Shown: positions 1 to 9,960, counted from the stretch's first letter. The stretch: 64,000 nucleotides of DNA from Candidatus Eiseniibacteriota bacterium (GCA_031366795.1 JANLOX010000245.1:14020-78019); one strand, 5' to 3'. A program made the numbers and translations. The notes: generated by a model from the letters alone, not told the origin.

Positions 1-1197
1 ATAGACGTCGGTGCGCGTGTCATTCAGGTTCGCGGTGACGATGCCGGTGACGCTGGCTTCCGCTCCGACTGCGTAGGGCGCGGCGCACACGCCCGAGGCG
101 TTGTTGACGTGGAGCGACACGATCGGCACGAGATCGAGCACGCGGATGCTCGGCTGCTTGAGGATCGAAACGAGCGTGCCGGCAGCGACGGCGGTGCGCG
201 TGGTGAAGGTCGTGCCCCCCTTGGTGGCGGGCGTGGTCAGGTTTGCGATGGTCACGGTGCCGCTGTCGACGGCCGTGACTGCCGCGTTGTTCACGAAGAT
301 CGAGTCGCCGAGCAGGGAGACCGAGGCGCTGGCGAACGCCGTTCCCGCCAGGCTCACGTCACCGACGGTGTGCGACCAGGTCCACGATGATGGAACGAGG
401 ATGGCGACCTTGGTCAGCGTGTAAGCGGAGTCCTGCCCCACCGAGAGGGTGATCGCGCTGAGCGAACGGTTGGTGTACACGACCGTCGGCGAGATTCGTG
501 CGAGGCCCGTGCCATTACCCCCCGCGGCGAGCGGCGGTTCGATTGGGCTCGAGGCGTTCTGCGGGTTGCGGCTGTGCGTCTGCAGCACGAAGTCGCTGCC
601 ATTGACGTCGGTGTCCTGGCCATTGCCCGCGAGGGCGTGCAGTCCGCCGGTAAACATCGAGTCCGCGGTCGAGGTCGCGAAGGCTTTGCGCTCGACGCTG
701 TTGCTGGTGGTGCTGGTGCCGACCGACGGGGCGTCGCTACCCCCTTCGGGGCTGACGGCCGTGCCGTAGCCGACCTTGTCCACCTGCGCAGAGCTGGCGT
801 CGAGAATGCGCAGATGGGCGTTGTCGGATAGACCGACGGTCCAGCTCGCCGCGTTGTAGTCAGGCGCCGCAGCACCGGTGTACACGGTTTGGTTCGCGAT
901 CAAGAAATAGCCGTGCGGCGCGATGACGGTGTTCGAGGGCAGCGTGGCGCGGTCGCTCCACGTGGTGCCACTGCTGCCCGAGGAGTACTGCAGCTTCCAA
1001 CCCGAGATATCCACCTGCACATTCGTCGGGTTGTACCACTCGCAGAATTCATCGAACGCGCCCGCCGGTCCGCGCGAGGCGAATTCCGAGATCACGACGT
1101 GATTGGCGGCCGCGTGCGCCGTGGGCACCGCCGTCGCGGCGAGCCCAAGGCCAATCAGGGCCATGGAGAGAATGAGCAATCGGGGCAAACAACGCAT
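1..1197 (-). CDS. Secreted lamin-tail-domain (LTD) protein, truncated by the left window edge
   Basis: Not in the ORF track because it has no stop in the window. ATG at 1197 with GGAG upstream; reads MRCLPRLLILSMALIGLGLAATAVPTAHAAANHVVISEFASRGPAGAFDEFCEWYNPTNVQVDISGWKLQY (signal peptide, then LTD signature VVISE...DEF.E.YNPT...VDISGW.L). The 3' part ends in ...SVTGIVTANLNDTRTDVY (OB-fold-like). Confidence 0.8.
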   Translation of the reverse strand, partial: MRCLPRLLILSMALIGLGLAATAVPTAHAAANHVVISEFASRGPAGAFDEFCEWYNPTNVQVDISGWKLQYSSGSSGTTWSDRATLPSNTVIAPHGYFLIANQTVYTGAAAPDYNAASWTVGLSDNAHLRILDASSAQVDKVGYGTAVSPEGGSDAPSVGTSTTSNSVERKAFATSTADSMFTGGLHALAGNGQDTDVNGSDFVLQTHSRNPQNASSPIEPPLAAGGNGTGLARISPTVVYTNRSLSAITLSVGQDSAYTLTKVAILVPSSWTWSHTVGDVSLAGTAFASASVSLLGDSIFVNNAAVTAVDSGTVTIANLTTPATKGGTTFTTRTAVAAGTLVSILKQPSIRVLDLVPIVSLHVNNASGVCAAPYAVGAEASVTGIVTANLNDTRTDVY

Positions 1198-1334
1198 GGG
1201 AACTCCAGGTCGGTAGGGTAGTGATTTGCCCGGTTTGGGGTCGCCGGCTCGCCCTACAAGGGTATCACGCCCAGCTTGCGGCCCGGTAGACTTGGCTGCG
1301 CCCCGGCGGCTGCGCTGAGGGGGCTGGTGTTTGG

Positions 1335-3167
1335 CTATTTACCCAGCAGATGGAGCACGCCGACCGACATCTGCGGGAAGTACGTGATCAGCAGCACGCC
1401 TATCCCTAAGATGATCACGAACGGCACCACATGTTTGTACAGTTCAGGCAGCGGCCGATTGAAGCGGGATGAGGCTAGGAATAGGTTGAGCCCGGCCGGC
1501 GGGAACAGGAATCCCAGCTCGAGATTCGCGAGGAAGATGACGCCCAGGTGAACGGGATCGATGCCGAAGGCGGCGCCGATCGGAGCGACCAGCGGCGCCA
1601 AAATGATGATCGCCGAGTAGATCTCGAGCACGCTGCCCAGCACGAGCAGCACGACGTTCAGCACCAACAGGAAGATGTAGGGCGAATGGATGTGCGTCTT
1701 CACGGCCGTCAGCAGCGCGTCCGGGATCTGCGCGTCGACGAGCCAGCTGGTGAGCCCGAGCGCGCAGGCGAGCAGCAGCAGTACCGCCCCACACAGCACG
1801 CTCGCCTTGATCAGCACGTTCGGCAGGTCGCGCACCGGGTGGATGTCGCGCGTGATGAAGCACTCGACGATGATGGCGTAGCCGAACGCAACCGCCGCGG
1901 CTTCCACCATGGTGGCGAGCCCGGTGATAAACAGCGCCACGACGAGGATAGGCACCGACAGTTCCCACTTGGCGGCCCACCCCGCGGCCAGCGCCTCGCG
2001 GAGCGAGAACGCCTGGCGGCGTGACTTCACCTTGCGCCCGATGTGAATGCCGTACAGCGCCACGAGCACGACGAGCAACAACCCCGGCACGAGCCCCGCG
2101 AGGTAGAGCGAATCCGCCGGCACCTTGGCCACGATGGAATAAAGAATGACCGGAAGGCTGGGCGGGAACAGTAGCCCGAGGCTACCGGCGGCGGTCACCA
2201 GTCCGAGCGAGAAGCCATCGGGATAGCCGTCATCCGCGAGGATCGAATACAGCAGCGCTCCCAGCGCCATGATCGTGACGCCCGAGCCACCCGTGAAGGT
2301 GGTGAACAGCGCGCACACCGCGGCCACCAGCACGGCGACGCCGCCGGGCATCCAACCGAACAGCGAGCGGAAGAACCGCACCAGGCGGCGTGATGCCTGC
2401 GACTCGGCCATGACGTAGCCGCACGCCGTGAGCAGCGGCACGGCCGGCAGCGTCGGCGACACCATCAGGCGGTAGATGTCCGCTGTGACCGCCGAGACCG
2501 GAACGCCATCGCGGAAGAACAGCACGAGCGCCACGCCGCCCATCGCGACGAACACGGGTGCGCCGACGAGCGCGGCCAAGAGGATCACGGCGAGCAGAGG
2601 CCAGGCGAGCGAGTGCCCGAGTGCGGGCACCAGCCCGAGGGCGAAGGCCACGCCGATGGCGCCGAAGGAGATGGCGCGGCCCCTCCAGTGGTCTGCCGCC
2701 CCCCACGCCAGCCGCACGGCGATCAGGGCAAGCGCCAGCGGCATGACGCTCTCGCTGACCCACGCGGGGAGTCCGATGGTGAGGACGTCGCCTTGCGTGC
2801 GATCCGCAGCGACCACGCCATACGCCGAATAGGCCAGCACGGCGCAGACCGCTGCGGCGACCGATGACGAGAACAACCGCGCCGCGTTGCGCACGCTGAC
2901 CTTGCCGATGGCTTCGGCGGTCGACAGCGTCAGGTGCTTGCCCTCGCCCGCCGCCAGCAGGCCGCCGAGGAATGAAAGCCACAGCGTCAACTGGGCACGG
3001 TAGGCCGCGGAGCCGGGGACGCTGAAGCCGCCGAGTGGGCGGCCGAAGGCGTCGATCAGCGGCAGCACCATGGAGACGAGAAACGCGAACACCAGCACCC
3101 CTCCCTCGACACTACGAAGGGCGGTGCCGATGCGTCCGCGTTGGGGCTGTATGGTGTCGTCGTGCAT
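1335..3167 (-). CDS. TRAP transporter fused small/large permease (DctQM)
   Basis: Many TM helices; DctM motifs FTGGSGVTI, AAGSLGLLFPPSLPVILY, GIDPVHLGVIFLANLELGFLFPPAGLNLF; N-terminal DctQ-like 4-TM part. Start set at ATG 3167 because the ORF-track extension overlaps pirin. Confidence 0.9.
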   Translation of the reverse strand: MHDDTIQPQRGRIGTALRSVEGGVLVFAFLVSMVLPLIDAFGRPLGGFSVPGSAAYRAQLTLWLSFLGGLLAAGEGKHLTLSTAEAIGKVSVRNAARLFSSSVAAAVCAVLAYSAYGVVAADRTQGDVLTIGLPAWVSESVMPLALALIAVRLAWGAADHWRGRAISFGAIGVAFALGLVPALGHSLAWPLLAVILLAALVGAPVFVAMGGVALVLFFRDGVPVSAVTADIYRLMVSPTLPAVPLLTACGYVMAESQASRRLVRFFRSLFGWMPGGVAVLVAAVCALFTTFTGGSGVTIMALGALLYSILADDGYPDGFSLGLVTAAGSLGLLFPPSLPVILYSIVAKVPADSLYLAGLVPGLLLVVLVALYGIHIGRKVKSRRQAFSLREALAAGWAAKWELSVPILVVALFITGLATMVEAAAVAFGYAIIVECFITRDIHPVRDLPNVLIKASVLCGAVLLLLACALGLTSWLVDAQIPDALLTAVKTHIHSPYIFLLVLNVVLLVLGSVLEIYSAIIILAPLVAPIGAAFGIDPVHLGVIFLANLELGFLFPPAGLNLFLASSRFNRPLPELYKHVVPFVIILGIGVLLITYFPQMSVGVLHLLGK

Positions 3168-3309
3168 GAGCGGCGGCAGGTTAGCATTAAGTTCGCGGCG
3201 ATGCAGGCGTTGCGGCCGGTACGCGAAGGTCACACGCTTAGCGCGTGACGCCCTCGGGTAGGATGTTGACGTCGCGCCGCGTGAGTGAACCTTCAGCAGC
3301 GGAGGTCCT

Positions 3310-3908
3310 GTGTCGATCCGCCCCGTCAGACGAATGATCGAAGCCCAGCCCACCGTCGAAGGGGCTGGCGTGAAGCTGCGCCGCGCGTTTGGTTTTGGCG
3401 AAACGGATGACACCGATCCGTTCCTGCTGTTCGACGACTTTCGCAACGATGATCCGAACGACTATCGCGCCGGGTTCCCGTGGCATCCGCACCGCGGCAT
3501 CCTCCACCAGGAAATGTCGCAGGGCGACGCGCAGGGTCACATGCACGGCTTCCCGCTGTGGGCGAACCTTCCCTCCTCCTTGAAGCCGACCATGCCGCGC
3601 AACCAGGATGTGGGCGCGCGCGCGACATCCCCGACATCCCCGACGACCCACGCGGCGTGCCCGTCGAGCAGCTCGGTCCTGTCGAAATCGTGAAGCGCGA
3701 ACAGGCGATCGACCGCTCCCTGGTGCTGTTCGATGCCGGCGACGAGGTCGTCGTCCAGGCGGGCGAACAGGGCATCCGCTTCCTGCTGGTGTCGGGGCGC
3801 CCCATCGAGGAGCCGGTGGCGTGGTATGGCCCGATCGTGATGAATACGCAGAGCGAATTGCGCCAGGCGATTTCAGAATTGCGCTCCGGGACGTTCATCA
3901 AGGAATGA
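3310..3908 (+). pseudogene. Pirin family pseudogene (two internal deletions plus a frameshift)
   Basis: N-terminus EGAGVKLRRAFG..DPFLLFDDF..GFPWHPHRGI is joined directly to LHQEM. The C-terminus (RFLLVSGRPIEEPVAWYGPIVMNT) is in another frame after a (GC)n run at ~3614-3624. Only ~600 bp versus ~900 bp for a typical pirin. Confidence 0.85.
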
Positions 3909-4471
3909 GCCTCGCGTTTCCATCCGTGTTTCCGGTGCTCGTGACGCCGCGGCTCGTGCTGCGCCGGATCGAGGAGCGCGACCGCGAAGCGATCTTCAGG
4001 ATGTTCGGCAACCCTGAGGCGATGCGATTCTGGAGCGCGCCTGCGTGGACGCGGCCGGAGCTGGCCGCGGCGTGGATCGAGCGAGTCCACGCCGCGTTCG
4101 AGGCGCGTGAGGCGATCCGTTGGGCAATCGTACGCCGCGAGAGCGATAACTTCGTGGGCACCTGCACGTTCTTCAACATCGACCCCCAGAACCGGCGCGC
4201 GGAGGTCGGCTACATCCTTGATCGGGCCGCGTGGGGCCAGGGTGTCATGCGCGAGGCCCTGACCGCGATGCTGGAGTATGGCTTTAGGGCAGTCGGCTTG
4301 CACCGTATCGAAGCCGACATCGATCCGCGCAATGCCGCCTCAGTGCGTACGCTGGAACATTTCGGCTTCGCCCGGGAAGGCCTGTTCCGCGAACGCTGGC
4401 GGGTCGGCGACGAGATTACCGATTCGTTGATGATGGGATTGTTGGCGCGCGAGTGGCTGTCGCACGCGTGA
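3905..4471 (+). CDS. GNAT N-acetyltransferase, RimJ/RimL family
   Basis: FPVLVTPRLVLR, RAEVGYIL...WGQGVMREAL, LHRIEADIDPRNAAS..LEHFGF.REG; ATGA overlap with the pirin stop. Confidence 0.9.
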   Translation: MSLAFPSVFPVLVTPRLVLRRIEERDREAIFRMFGNPEAMRFWSAPAWTRPELAAAWIERVHAAFEAREAIRWAIVRRESDNFVGTCTFFNIDPQNRRAEVGYILDRAAWGQGVMREALTAMLEYGFRAVGLHRIEADIDPRNAASVRTLEHFGFAREGLFRERWRVGDEITDSLMMGLLAREWLSHA

Positions 4472-4538
4472 AGCGCATGCGCGCGCGTCGCAGGCTGCCG
4501 GATCGCGTTCCCAGGCCGCGCTGCGTGACCAGCTCGAA

Positions 4539-5858
4539 TTAACTTCCCGAGACGGTCAACCCCTCGAAGCGCACCGCCGCGGGGCCGAGGTAATCGCCAC
4601 GGAATACTACTTCTTTGGAGTAGTGCGCCGTGCCCAGCGCGCTGAACACATTGCCGCTCACGGTGCCGCCCTTGATCGGGGTGATAACGCCCCTGTTGTA
4701 GAGCGTGCCCACGCGGATCTCGCTGGCGAACGCGCCGCGCGCATTATCCGGGGTCAGCCACGAAAACGATTGCACGTACAGCACCGGGCCATCGTGCGAC
4801 AGTAGCTCGGCGAGCGGTGTCTTACCGGCGGGAAGTTCCCAGTTGGCGAAGCCGCCCGTGGGCTCGACCTTGAGATAGTCGGCGTACTGCTTCGTCGTCA
4901 CTGGGCGGTTGAACACGCCGTCCTTGATGACCTCGATGCGCTGCCCGGGGACACCGTTGCCGTCGAACGCGTAGCTGGCCAGCCCAAATGGCATCAGGGC
5001 ATTGGACACGACATTGAAGGGTTCGCCCCCTGTGGTGTCGATCGGCAGCGGCTTGCCCTGCTCAAACCGCGAGGACTTCTGGTAGAGCGATTCCGCCAAA
5101 GCATTGTTCTGCACCGGCGAGAGCAAGCCGGTCAACTCCGACGCATCGATCACCACCGCGAACTTGCCGGACGGCGGCGCCTGGGCGCGCGTCAGCGCAT
5201 GAGCCTCATCGGCGGCGCGTCCCACCAGGTTGGCGACGTCGAGATCCGCGATGCGCCGGCGTTCATCCCATGAGTAGCGTTCCGATGCTTTGGTGCCATC
5301 GGCCAGCAGCAGCGTCAGCAGGGACACCCGCGTGGAACGCGAGTGCGCGAGCAGCCCCGCGGAATTCTCGAGTGTCTGTTCAGCCTCGCCGCAGAATAAT
5401 TCCATCGATGAGGGCCGCACTTCGCCGCCGTGCTGCTTGACTGCGTTGCGCCAGGCATCTGCGAGCTGCGCCGACGTTTCCGCCACGGCATTACTCCCGA
5501 GCGCCGGATCGTAGGTGTCCAGCAGCGGAAAGGTGGCGGCACCCGGGAGGCTCCAGGGGTTGACGCCGCCGAGTCCGGCCATGAAGACGGCGTCGTCGAC
5601 GCGGCGGTCGAGCTGCAGCACATCGTCCTCGCGGAAGGTCAGGCTCGAGCTGCCGAGCTTGTCACGGTGCTGGACGAACACGGTCGCGACCACCGTCTCG
5701 CCGCTCACCTGCCGCTGCGATTCCAGCTGGGTCTTGACGAGGTAGGTCTGCAGGCCTGCCTGCGAGGTGCGCGCGAGCTGCCATGCGGCGATGCCCTTGT
5801 GCTTCGCGAGTGCAACGCGCGCCGCATCGGCCAACCGGGAACGTGAGGAGATGGTCAT
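4539..5858 (-). CDS. TldE/PmbA-family metalloprotease subunit
   Basis: FDGNGVPG..IEVIKDGV, C-terminal GTVSGNVF..L and P.VRFEGLTVSG; no HExxxH; ATGA overlap with tldD. Confidence 0.85.
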   Translation of the reverse strand: MTISSRSRLADAARVALAKHKGIAAWQLARTSQAGLQTYLVKTQLESQRQVSGETVVATVFVQHRDKLGSSSLTFREDDVLQLDRRVDDAVFMAGLGGVNPWSLPGAATFPLLDTYDPALGSNAVAETSAQLADAWRNAVKQHGGEVRPSSMELFCGEAEQTLENSAGLLAHSRSTRVSLLTLLLADGTKASERYSWDERRRIADLDVANLVGRAADEAHALTRAQAPPSGKFAVVIDASELTGLLSPVQNNALAESLYQKSSRFEQGKPLPIDTTGGEPFNVVSNALMPFGLASYAFDGNGVPGQRIEVIKDGVFNRPVTTKQYADYLKVEPTGGFANWELPAGKTPLAELLSHDGPVLYVQSFSWLTPDNARGAFASEIRVGTLYNRGVITPIKGGTVSGNVFSALGTAHYSKEVVFRGDYLGPAAVRFEGLTVSGS

Positions 5859-7387
5859 GACACCTTCGCCTTGGTGCGCAGGTGGGGTCCGCCGCTGGTG
5901 ACCGCGACGAATTCCTTGAAGCCCTTGCCGCACGAGCCGGGTTCGAGCGCGAAGTCATTGCCGACCATGGTGATGTTGCCGAGGATCTCGGGAACGTAGC
6001 CGGTGATCGTCGGTGGTGCGAAGATGCGGCCGGTGAACTTGCCGTTCTTGACCTCGCGCGCCGTGCCCGCGGTGAACTGGATGCCCCACCCCTGCGGGTC
6101 CTCGATGCCGTTGCGAAAGCCCTCGAGATAGAGACCGTCCTTCAGGCTGTCGAGCATTTCCTGCGGATCGCTGGTGCCGCGCGCGAAGAATGTGTTCGAC
6201 ATGCGCGCATAGACCTTGCGGTCCCAGCTCTGGGTGCGGCCATTCGGGGTGCGCGAGGTGCGAAGGAACGTCGCGGACATCAGGTCCGTCAGTGGTTGCA
6301 CGAAGATGCCATCCTTGATGATGGTCGTGGGCTGGGCCGTGGCGCCTTCATCGTCAAACGCGTACGAACCGCGCGCGCCCGCGAACGAGGGGTCGTCGAG
6401 CAGCGTCACCAGTTTGGAGGCCACCGGCTTGTTGAGGAACTCGCGCGACTTGGCGCGGTCCTTCACGAACTGGTCCATCTCGACGCCGTGGCCGAAGCTC
6501 TCGTGCGCCAGCAATCCCGAGACCTCGGGAGCGAACACCACTTCGTACTCGCCTGCCGGCACGGGCTCGGCGGTGAGCGACTCGACGAAGTCCTTGCGCA
6601 GCTTCTCGATGTCCGTGTCGTTCAAGTGAGCGAGTTCGAGTCCCGCCTGTCCGACGTGGCGGCGAAAGCCGAAGCCGGGCTTGCCTTTGTCGAAGCCAAA
6701 CATGAACCCGGTGTGCGCCACCATGGTGCTGACGCTAGCCAGCCGGCGCGTGCGGTCCACGAATACCCGTTGCGTCTCGGTGACGTCGGTCGAGACGCGC
6801 ACACCGCGGACGCGGGGATCATCCCAGTTGCAGCGGTCGAATTCCTGGTCGAGCAGGGCCGCGCGGTCCTTCAGCGGGAGCGCTGCAGGGTCGCGTTCCA
6901 TCGCGGTATGCCACGTCTGCTGCAATTGCGGGAGCCGCTCGATCCGGTAGCGGTCGGCGGCACGCGGAACCGAGCGCTTGAGCGCCGCGGCGGCGGCGTG
7001 CAAGGCCTGCGGCGAGGTGCTGCCCACGGCGGTCTCGTGAAACGCCCCACCATCGAAGATGCGAATCGAGGCACCCAACGTAGGTGTACCGGCCTCGCTG
7101 ACGCGCTTGCCCTTGCGGTCGCGGCTGATCGAAACGCCGCCCGTCGCGATGAACAGCGCCGAGGCGTATGGGAACTTCGTCTCGAGGTCAGCGACGATGG
7201 CGGACAACTCGTCGAGCAGGCCCCCGGGGAATCCAGGGCCCGTTGCGGGGTGGTGCGGAATAGCAGTCGTGCGATGTGGCATCGAACCCGCGCGGGTGGC
7301 GGCGCGCAGCGAGTCGGCGAATGACGACGCGACCACGGCGCCTGCCAACGAGGCGCCGCCTCGGATCAGGAACTGCCTGCGGTTCAT
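5855..7387 (-). CDS. tldD: TldD-family metalloprotease with N-terminal twin-arginine signal
   Basis: LLAHESFGHGVEMD (HExxGH), GSYAFDDEG, NGR..RMSNTF, GSCGKG, GGPHLR; N-terminus MNRRQFLIRGGASLAGAVVASSFADSLRA. Confidence 0.88.
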   Translation of the reverse strand: MNRRQFLIRGGASLAGAVVASSFADSLRAATRAGSMPHRTTAIPHHPATGPGFPGGLLDELSAIVADLETKFPYASALFIATGGVSISRDRKGKRVSEAGTPTLGASIRIFDGGAFHETAVGSTSPQALHAAAAALKRSVPRAADRYRIERLPQLQQTWHTAMERDPAALPLKDRAALLDQEFDRCNWDDPRVRGVRVSTDVTETQRVFVDRTRRLASVSTMVAHTGFMFGFDKGKPGFGFRRHVGQAGLELAHLNDTDIEKLRKDFVESLTAEPVPAGEYEVVFAPEVSGLLAHESFGHGVEMDQFVKDRAKSREFLNKPVASKLVTLLDDPSFAGARGSYAFDDEGATAQPTTIIKDGIFVQPLTDLMSATFLRTSRTPNGRTQSWDRKVYARMSNTFFARGTSDPQEMLDSLKDGLYLEGFRNGIEDPQGWGIQFTAGTAREVKNGKFTGRIFAPPTITGYVPEILGNITMVGNDFALEPGSCGKGFKEFVAVTSGGPHLRTKAKVS

Positions 7388-7566
7388 GGCGGCCATGAGA
7401 GGCACACTAGGACCATCCGCGCTAGGAATCCACGCGAATGTGTGCGCGATGCGCGCCCTCGTGACGAACGCCGAATTCACGGGGACGACCGCGAGTGTGC
7501 GCGGGGGTTTGGGGCACCAAGCGCCGCGACGCGCCGGCCTGCGGTTCGAGTGGTGCGCGCAACCCC

Positions 7567-8781
7567 CTATCGCGTCGCGGCCGCTCCCGCGGCGCGAATG
7601 CCGCACAGGTCGAGGATGCGTTCGTAGCATGCGTCGCCATCAAATTCCGTCCGCACGCGGTGGATTGCATTCGCGCGCAGCGTGGCAATCCGGGCCCCAT
7701 CGGTCGACAAGCACTCATGCATCGCCAGCGCCAGCGCGGCGGGATCCTCGGGGGGCACGAGCCAGCCTATCTCCCCGGAATCCACGGCCTCCCCCATCCC
7801 GCCGATCCGCGTGACGATGGGAACGCAGCCGGCCGCCATGCCCTCGAGGAGCGCAAGTGGCAGACCTTCGAACCGGCTTGAGAACAGAATCACGTCGAAC
7901 GCCGACAGCGCATCGAGCGGACGTGCGACGGGGCCCACGAACAGGGCGCGGCGTCCTAACCCAAGTTCACTCGCCAGCGCAGCGAGGGAGTCGTGATCGG
8001 GCCCCTCGCCCGCGATCACCAAAGTGAATGCGCGTGAACCCCCGAGGTCCGCCGTCCGGCGCGCGGCCTCAAGAGCCAGATCGATACCCTTGACTCCGGT
8101 GAGCCGGGTCATCATCCCGAAGACGAATGTCTTGGAGTCGACGCCGTGGGCCGCGCGAAATTGCGACCCGGCGTCGTCGTCGCGCTGGAAATCATGCCAG
8201 CGCACGCCATTGCGCACCACGACGATGTCGTCTGGGGACGCATCCCAATCGCGCACGAGACGGTCGCGTACCTTCGAGCTGACGGCGATCACCAGATCGG
8301 CGCAACGCGCGGCGTCCTGCTGGCGGTGCTTGCGGCGGCGCCACGCCAGGCCGAGGCTCGGGAGGAAGCCGAACAATGGCCGCTCGCGCGCAGCGGGCTT
8401 AGGGGGAGCCTCGAGATGTTCGATGAACACGACGCTCTTGAACTTCTTGCGGAACGCACGCAGCAGCGGCAACTGCCCGTGATAGAAGTGTCCCTTGGGG
8501 AAGATCAAGAGTTCGCTGCGCAGCGATTCGAGCACGCGTTTCCACTCGCCCATGTCCACCGGCTGCTCGGGAGTGATCCCCGGCAGTTCCGTCGGAATCA
8601 CGCGCACGCTTGGCCCCAGTCCACGTGCCGCCACCCACTCCGTATAGGGATCGAATCGGTTGGCGACGACCTCAATCGTGGCGCCGCGGCGCACCAGCGC
8701 TTCGATCAGGCCGAACGTATGCACCACCGAGCCACCGAACGCCTCCGCTTCCGTGATGATCGCGACATTGCGGCGTGGCAT
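7567..8781 (-). CDS. Glycosyltransferase family 4 (GT-B)
   Basis: FGGSVVH, VIAVSSKVR, VVRNGV, RLTGVKGID, SRFEGLPLALLEGMAAG (EX7E), GWLVPPEDPAALA. Confidence 0.92.
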   Translation of the reverse strand: MPRRNVAIITEAEAFGGSVVHTFGLIEALVRRGATIEVVANRFDPYTEWVAARGLGPSVRVIPTELPGITPEQPVDMGEWKRVLESLRSELLIFPKGHFYHGQLPLLRAFRKKFKSVVFIEHLEAPPKPAARERPLFGFLPSLGLAWRRRKHRQQDAARCADLVIAVSSKVRDRLVRDWDASPDDIVVVRNGVRWHDFQRDDDAGSQFRAAHGVDSKTFVFGMMTRLTGVKGIDLALEAARRTADLGGSRAFTLVIAGEGPDHDSLAALASELGLGRRALFVGPVARPLDALSAFDVILFSSRFEGLPLALLEGMAAGCVPIVTRIGGMGEAVDSGEIGWLVPPEDPAALALAMHECLSTDGARIATLRANAIHRVRTEFDGDACYERILDLCGIRAAGAAATR

Positions 8782-8784
8782 GTC

Positions 8785-9705
8785 TCAGCGCGCTCCTGGA
8801 GCCGCGAAAGCGCGGGCTTCCGCGCGCGGCCACATCGCGAAGGGGGCAGCCACCAAGCCGAGCAGGACGCCGCGTGACTGTGCGCGACGGCGGAGAGCAG
8901 CTTCGCAGTCTTCGCCCGCGTGCTGCCTCCAACGCGCGGGCTGCGACAACACCAGTCGCACGAGCCGGCGCAACGCCACGCCATCGCCGCACAACACGTG
9001 CTTCACGAGATGACCTGAGAGTCCCTTGCCGTAGCTGAATTCCATGTGGCACACCTGCTCGATCTGTGTCCGGTCGTGATCGTGATGCACCAGGATGTTC
9101 GGGGCATAGCGCTGCGTGTACCCAGCCCTTAGCGCGCGATAGAACAGGTCTACTTCCTCGGCCCCGGCGAACCAGGCGCCGGCCCCGAGGCGTGTGTCGA
9201 ATCCGCCCACGCGTCCGAACACTTCGCGCCGGAACGCCATGTTGGCGCCGATCACGAAACTGCCGCTCGCGGGAAAGGCGAACTCCTGACGCTCCATCGA
9301 GGGCTGGTAGGACACCTTCTGCAATCCTCCGTGCGCGAGCAGGACGCGTCCCCCGAGCATGCCGAGCTGGGGGCTGCTAGCGAACTCTGCCGCGATCTGG
9401 TCGAGCCAGCCGGGATCTGGGCGCACATCGTCATCGGTGAACACGATGATTTCACCCCGCGCCGCAGCGAGCGCGGCATTGCGCGCGTGCGACAGGCCGG
9501 ATTGGGCCTCGTGCACGTAGCGCACTTGCGGGTGTGCCACGGCACAGGTCTCGATCACCTCGCGCGTCGCGTCGTTCGAGCCGTTGTCGACGACGATCAG
9601 CTCGTGGGCGTAGTCGCCGGAGAAGCGCTGCTCGAAGTACTGCCGGAGGGTGATGGCGAGCGATGCCGCGCGGTTGCGCGTGCAGAGAGCCACGCTGATC
9701 AGCAC
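8785..9705 (-). CDS. Glycosyltransferase family 2 (GT-A)
   Basis: ISVALCTRNR, IVVDNGSND, GLSHARN, VFTDDD, GANMAFRR..F..VGGFD; GTG start at 9705 after GGGAGG. Confidence 0.9.
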   Translation of the reverse strand: MLISVALCTRNRAASLAITLRQYFEQRFSGDYAHELIVVDNGSNDATREVIETCAVAHPQVRYVHEAQSGLSHARNAALAAARGEIIVFTDDDVRPDPGWLDQIAAEFASSPQLGMLGGRVLLAHGGLQKVSYQPSMERQEFAFPASGSFVIGANMAFRREVFGRVGGFDTRLGAGAWFAGAEEVDLFYRALRAGYTQRYAPNILVHHDHDRTQIEQVCHMEFSYGKGLSGHLVKHVLCGDGVALRRLVRLVLSQPARWRQHAGEDCEAALRRRAQSRGVLLGLVAAPFAMWPRAEARAFAAPGAR

Positions 9706-9944
9706 GAGTTCCCTCCCGTGGGCGCCATCCTGACTTCGAGCCGGCCTGCAATCCGCAGCATGTGCAAGCTCCAAGCCCGCAGGGTCTGCTGGGTCGATTG
9801 GCGCAGCCGCTAGGGTGAAACGCAGCGGCGGGTCGCCAATATCCCGCCGTGAGGCGGGTGGAGCATGCATGCACATGGTGAGCGTGACGCGCCATCCTAA
9901 TGCGATGGCGTTGCTTGGGCCAAGCCCCGCGTTCCGGTGGCGCA

Positions 9945-9960
9945 TGGCACCGACTATGCA
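9945..9960 (+). promoter_or_regulatory. Candidate sigma-54 promoter
   Basis: TGGCACCGACTATGCA: GG-N10-GC, one mismatch to TGGCAC-N5-TTGCA, ~180 bp upstream of the large dehydrogenase-cytochrome gene. Confidence 0.5.

Noticed and set aside
4539..9705. RiPP cluster built around TldD/E with the GNAT and glycosyltransferases
   Set aside because: No precursor peptide, YcaO, radical SAM enzyme or exporter is visible.
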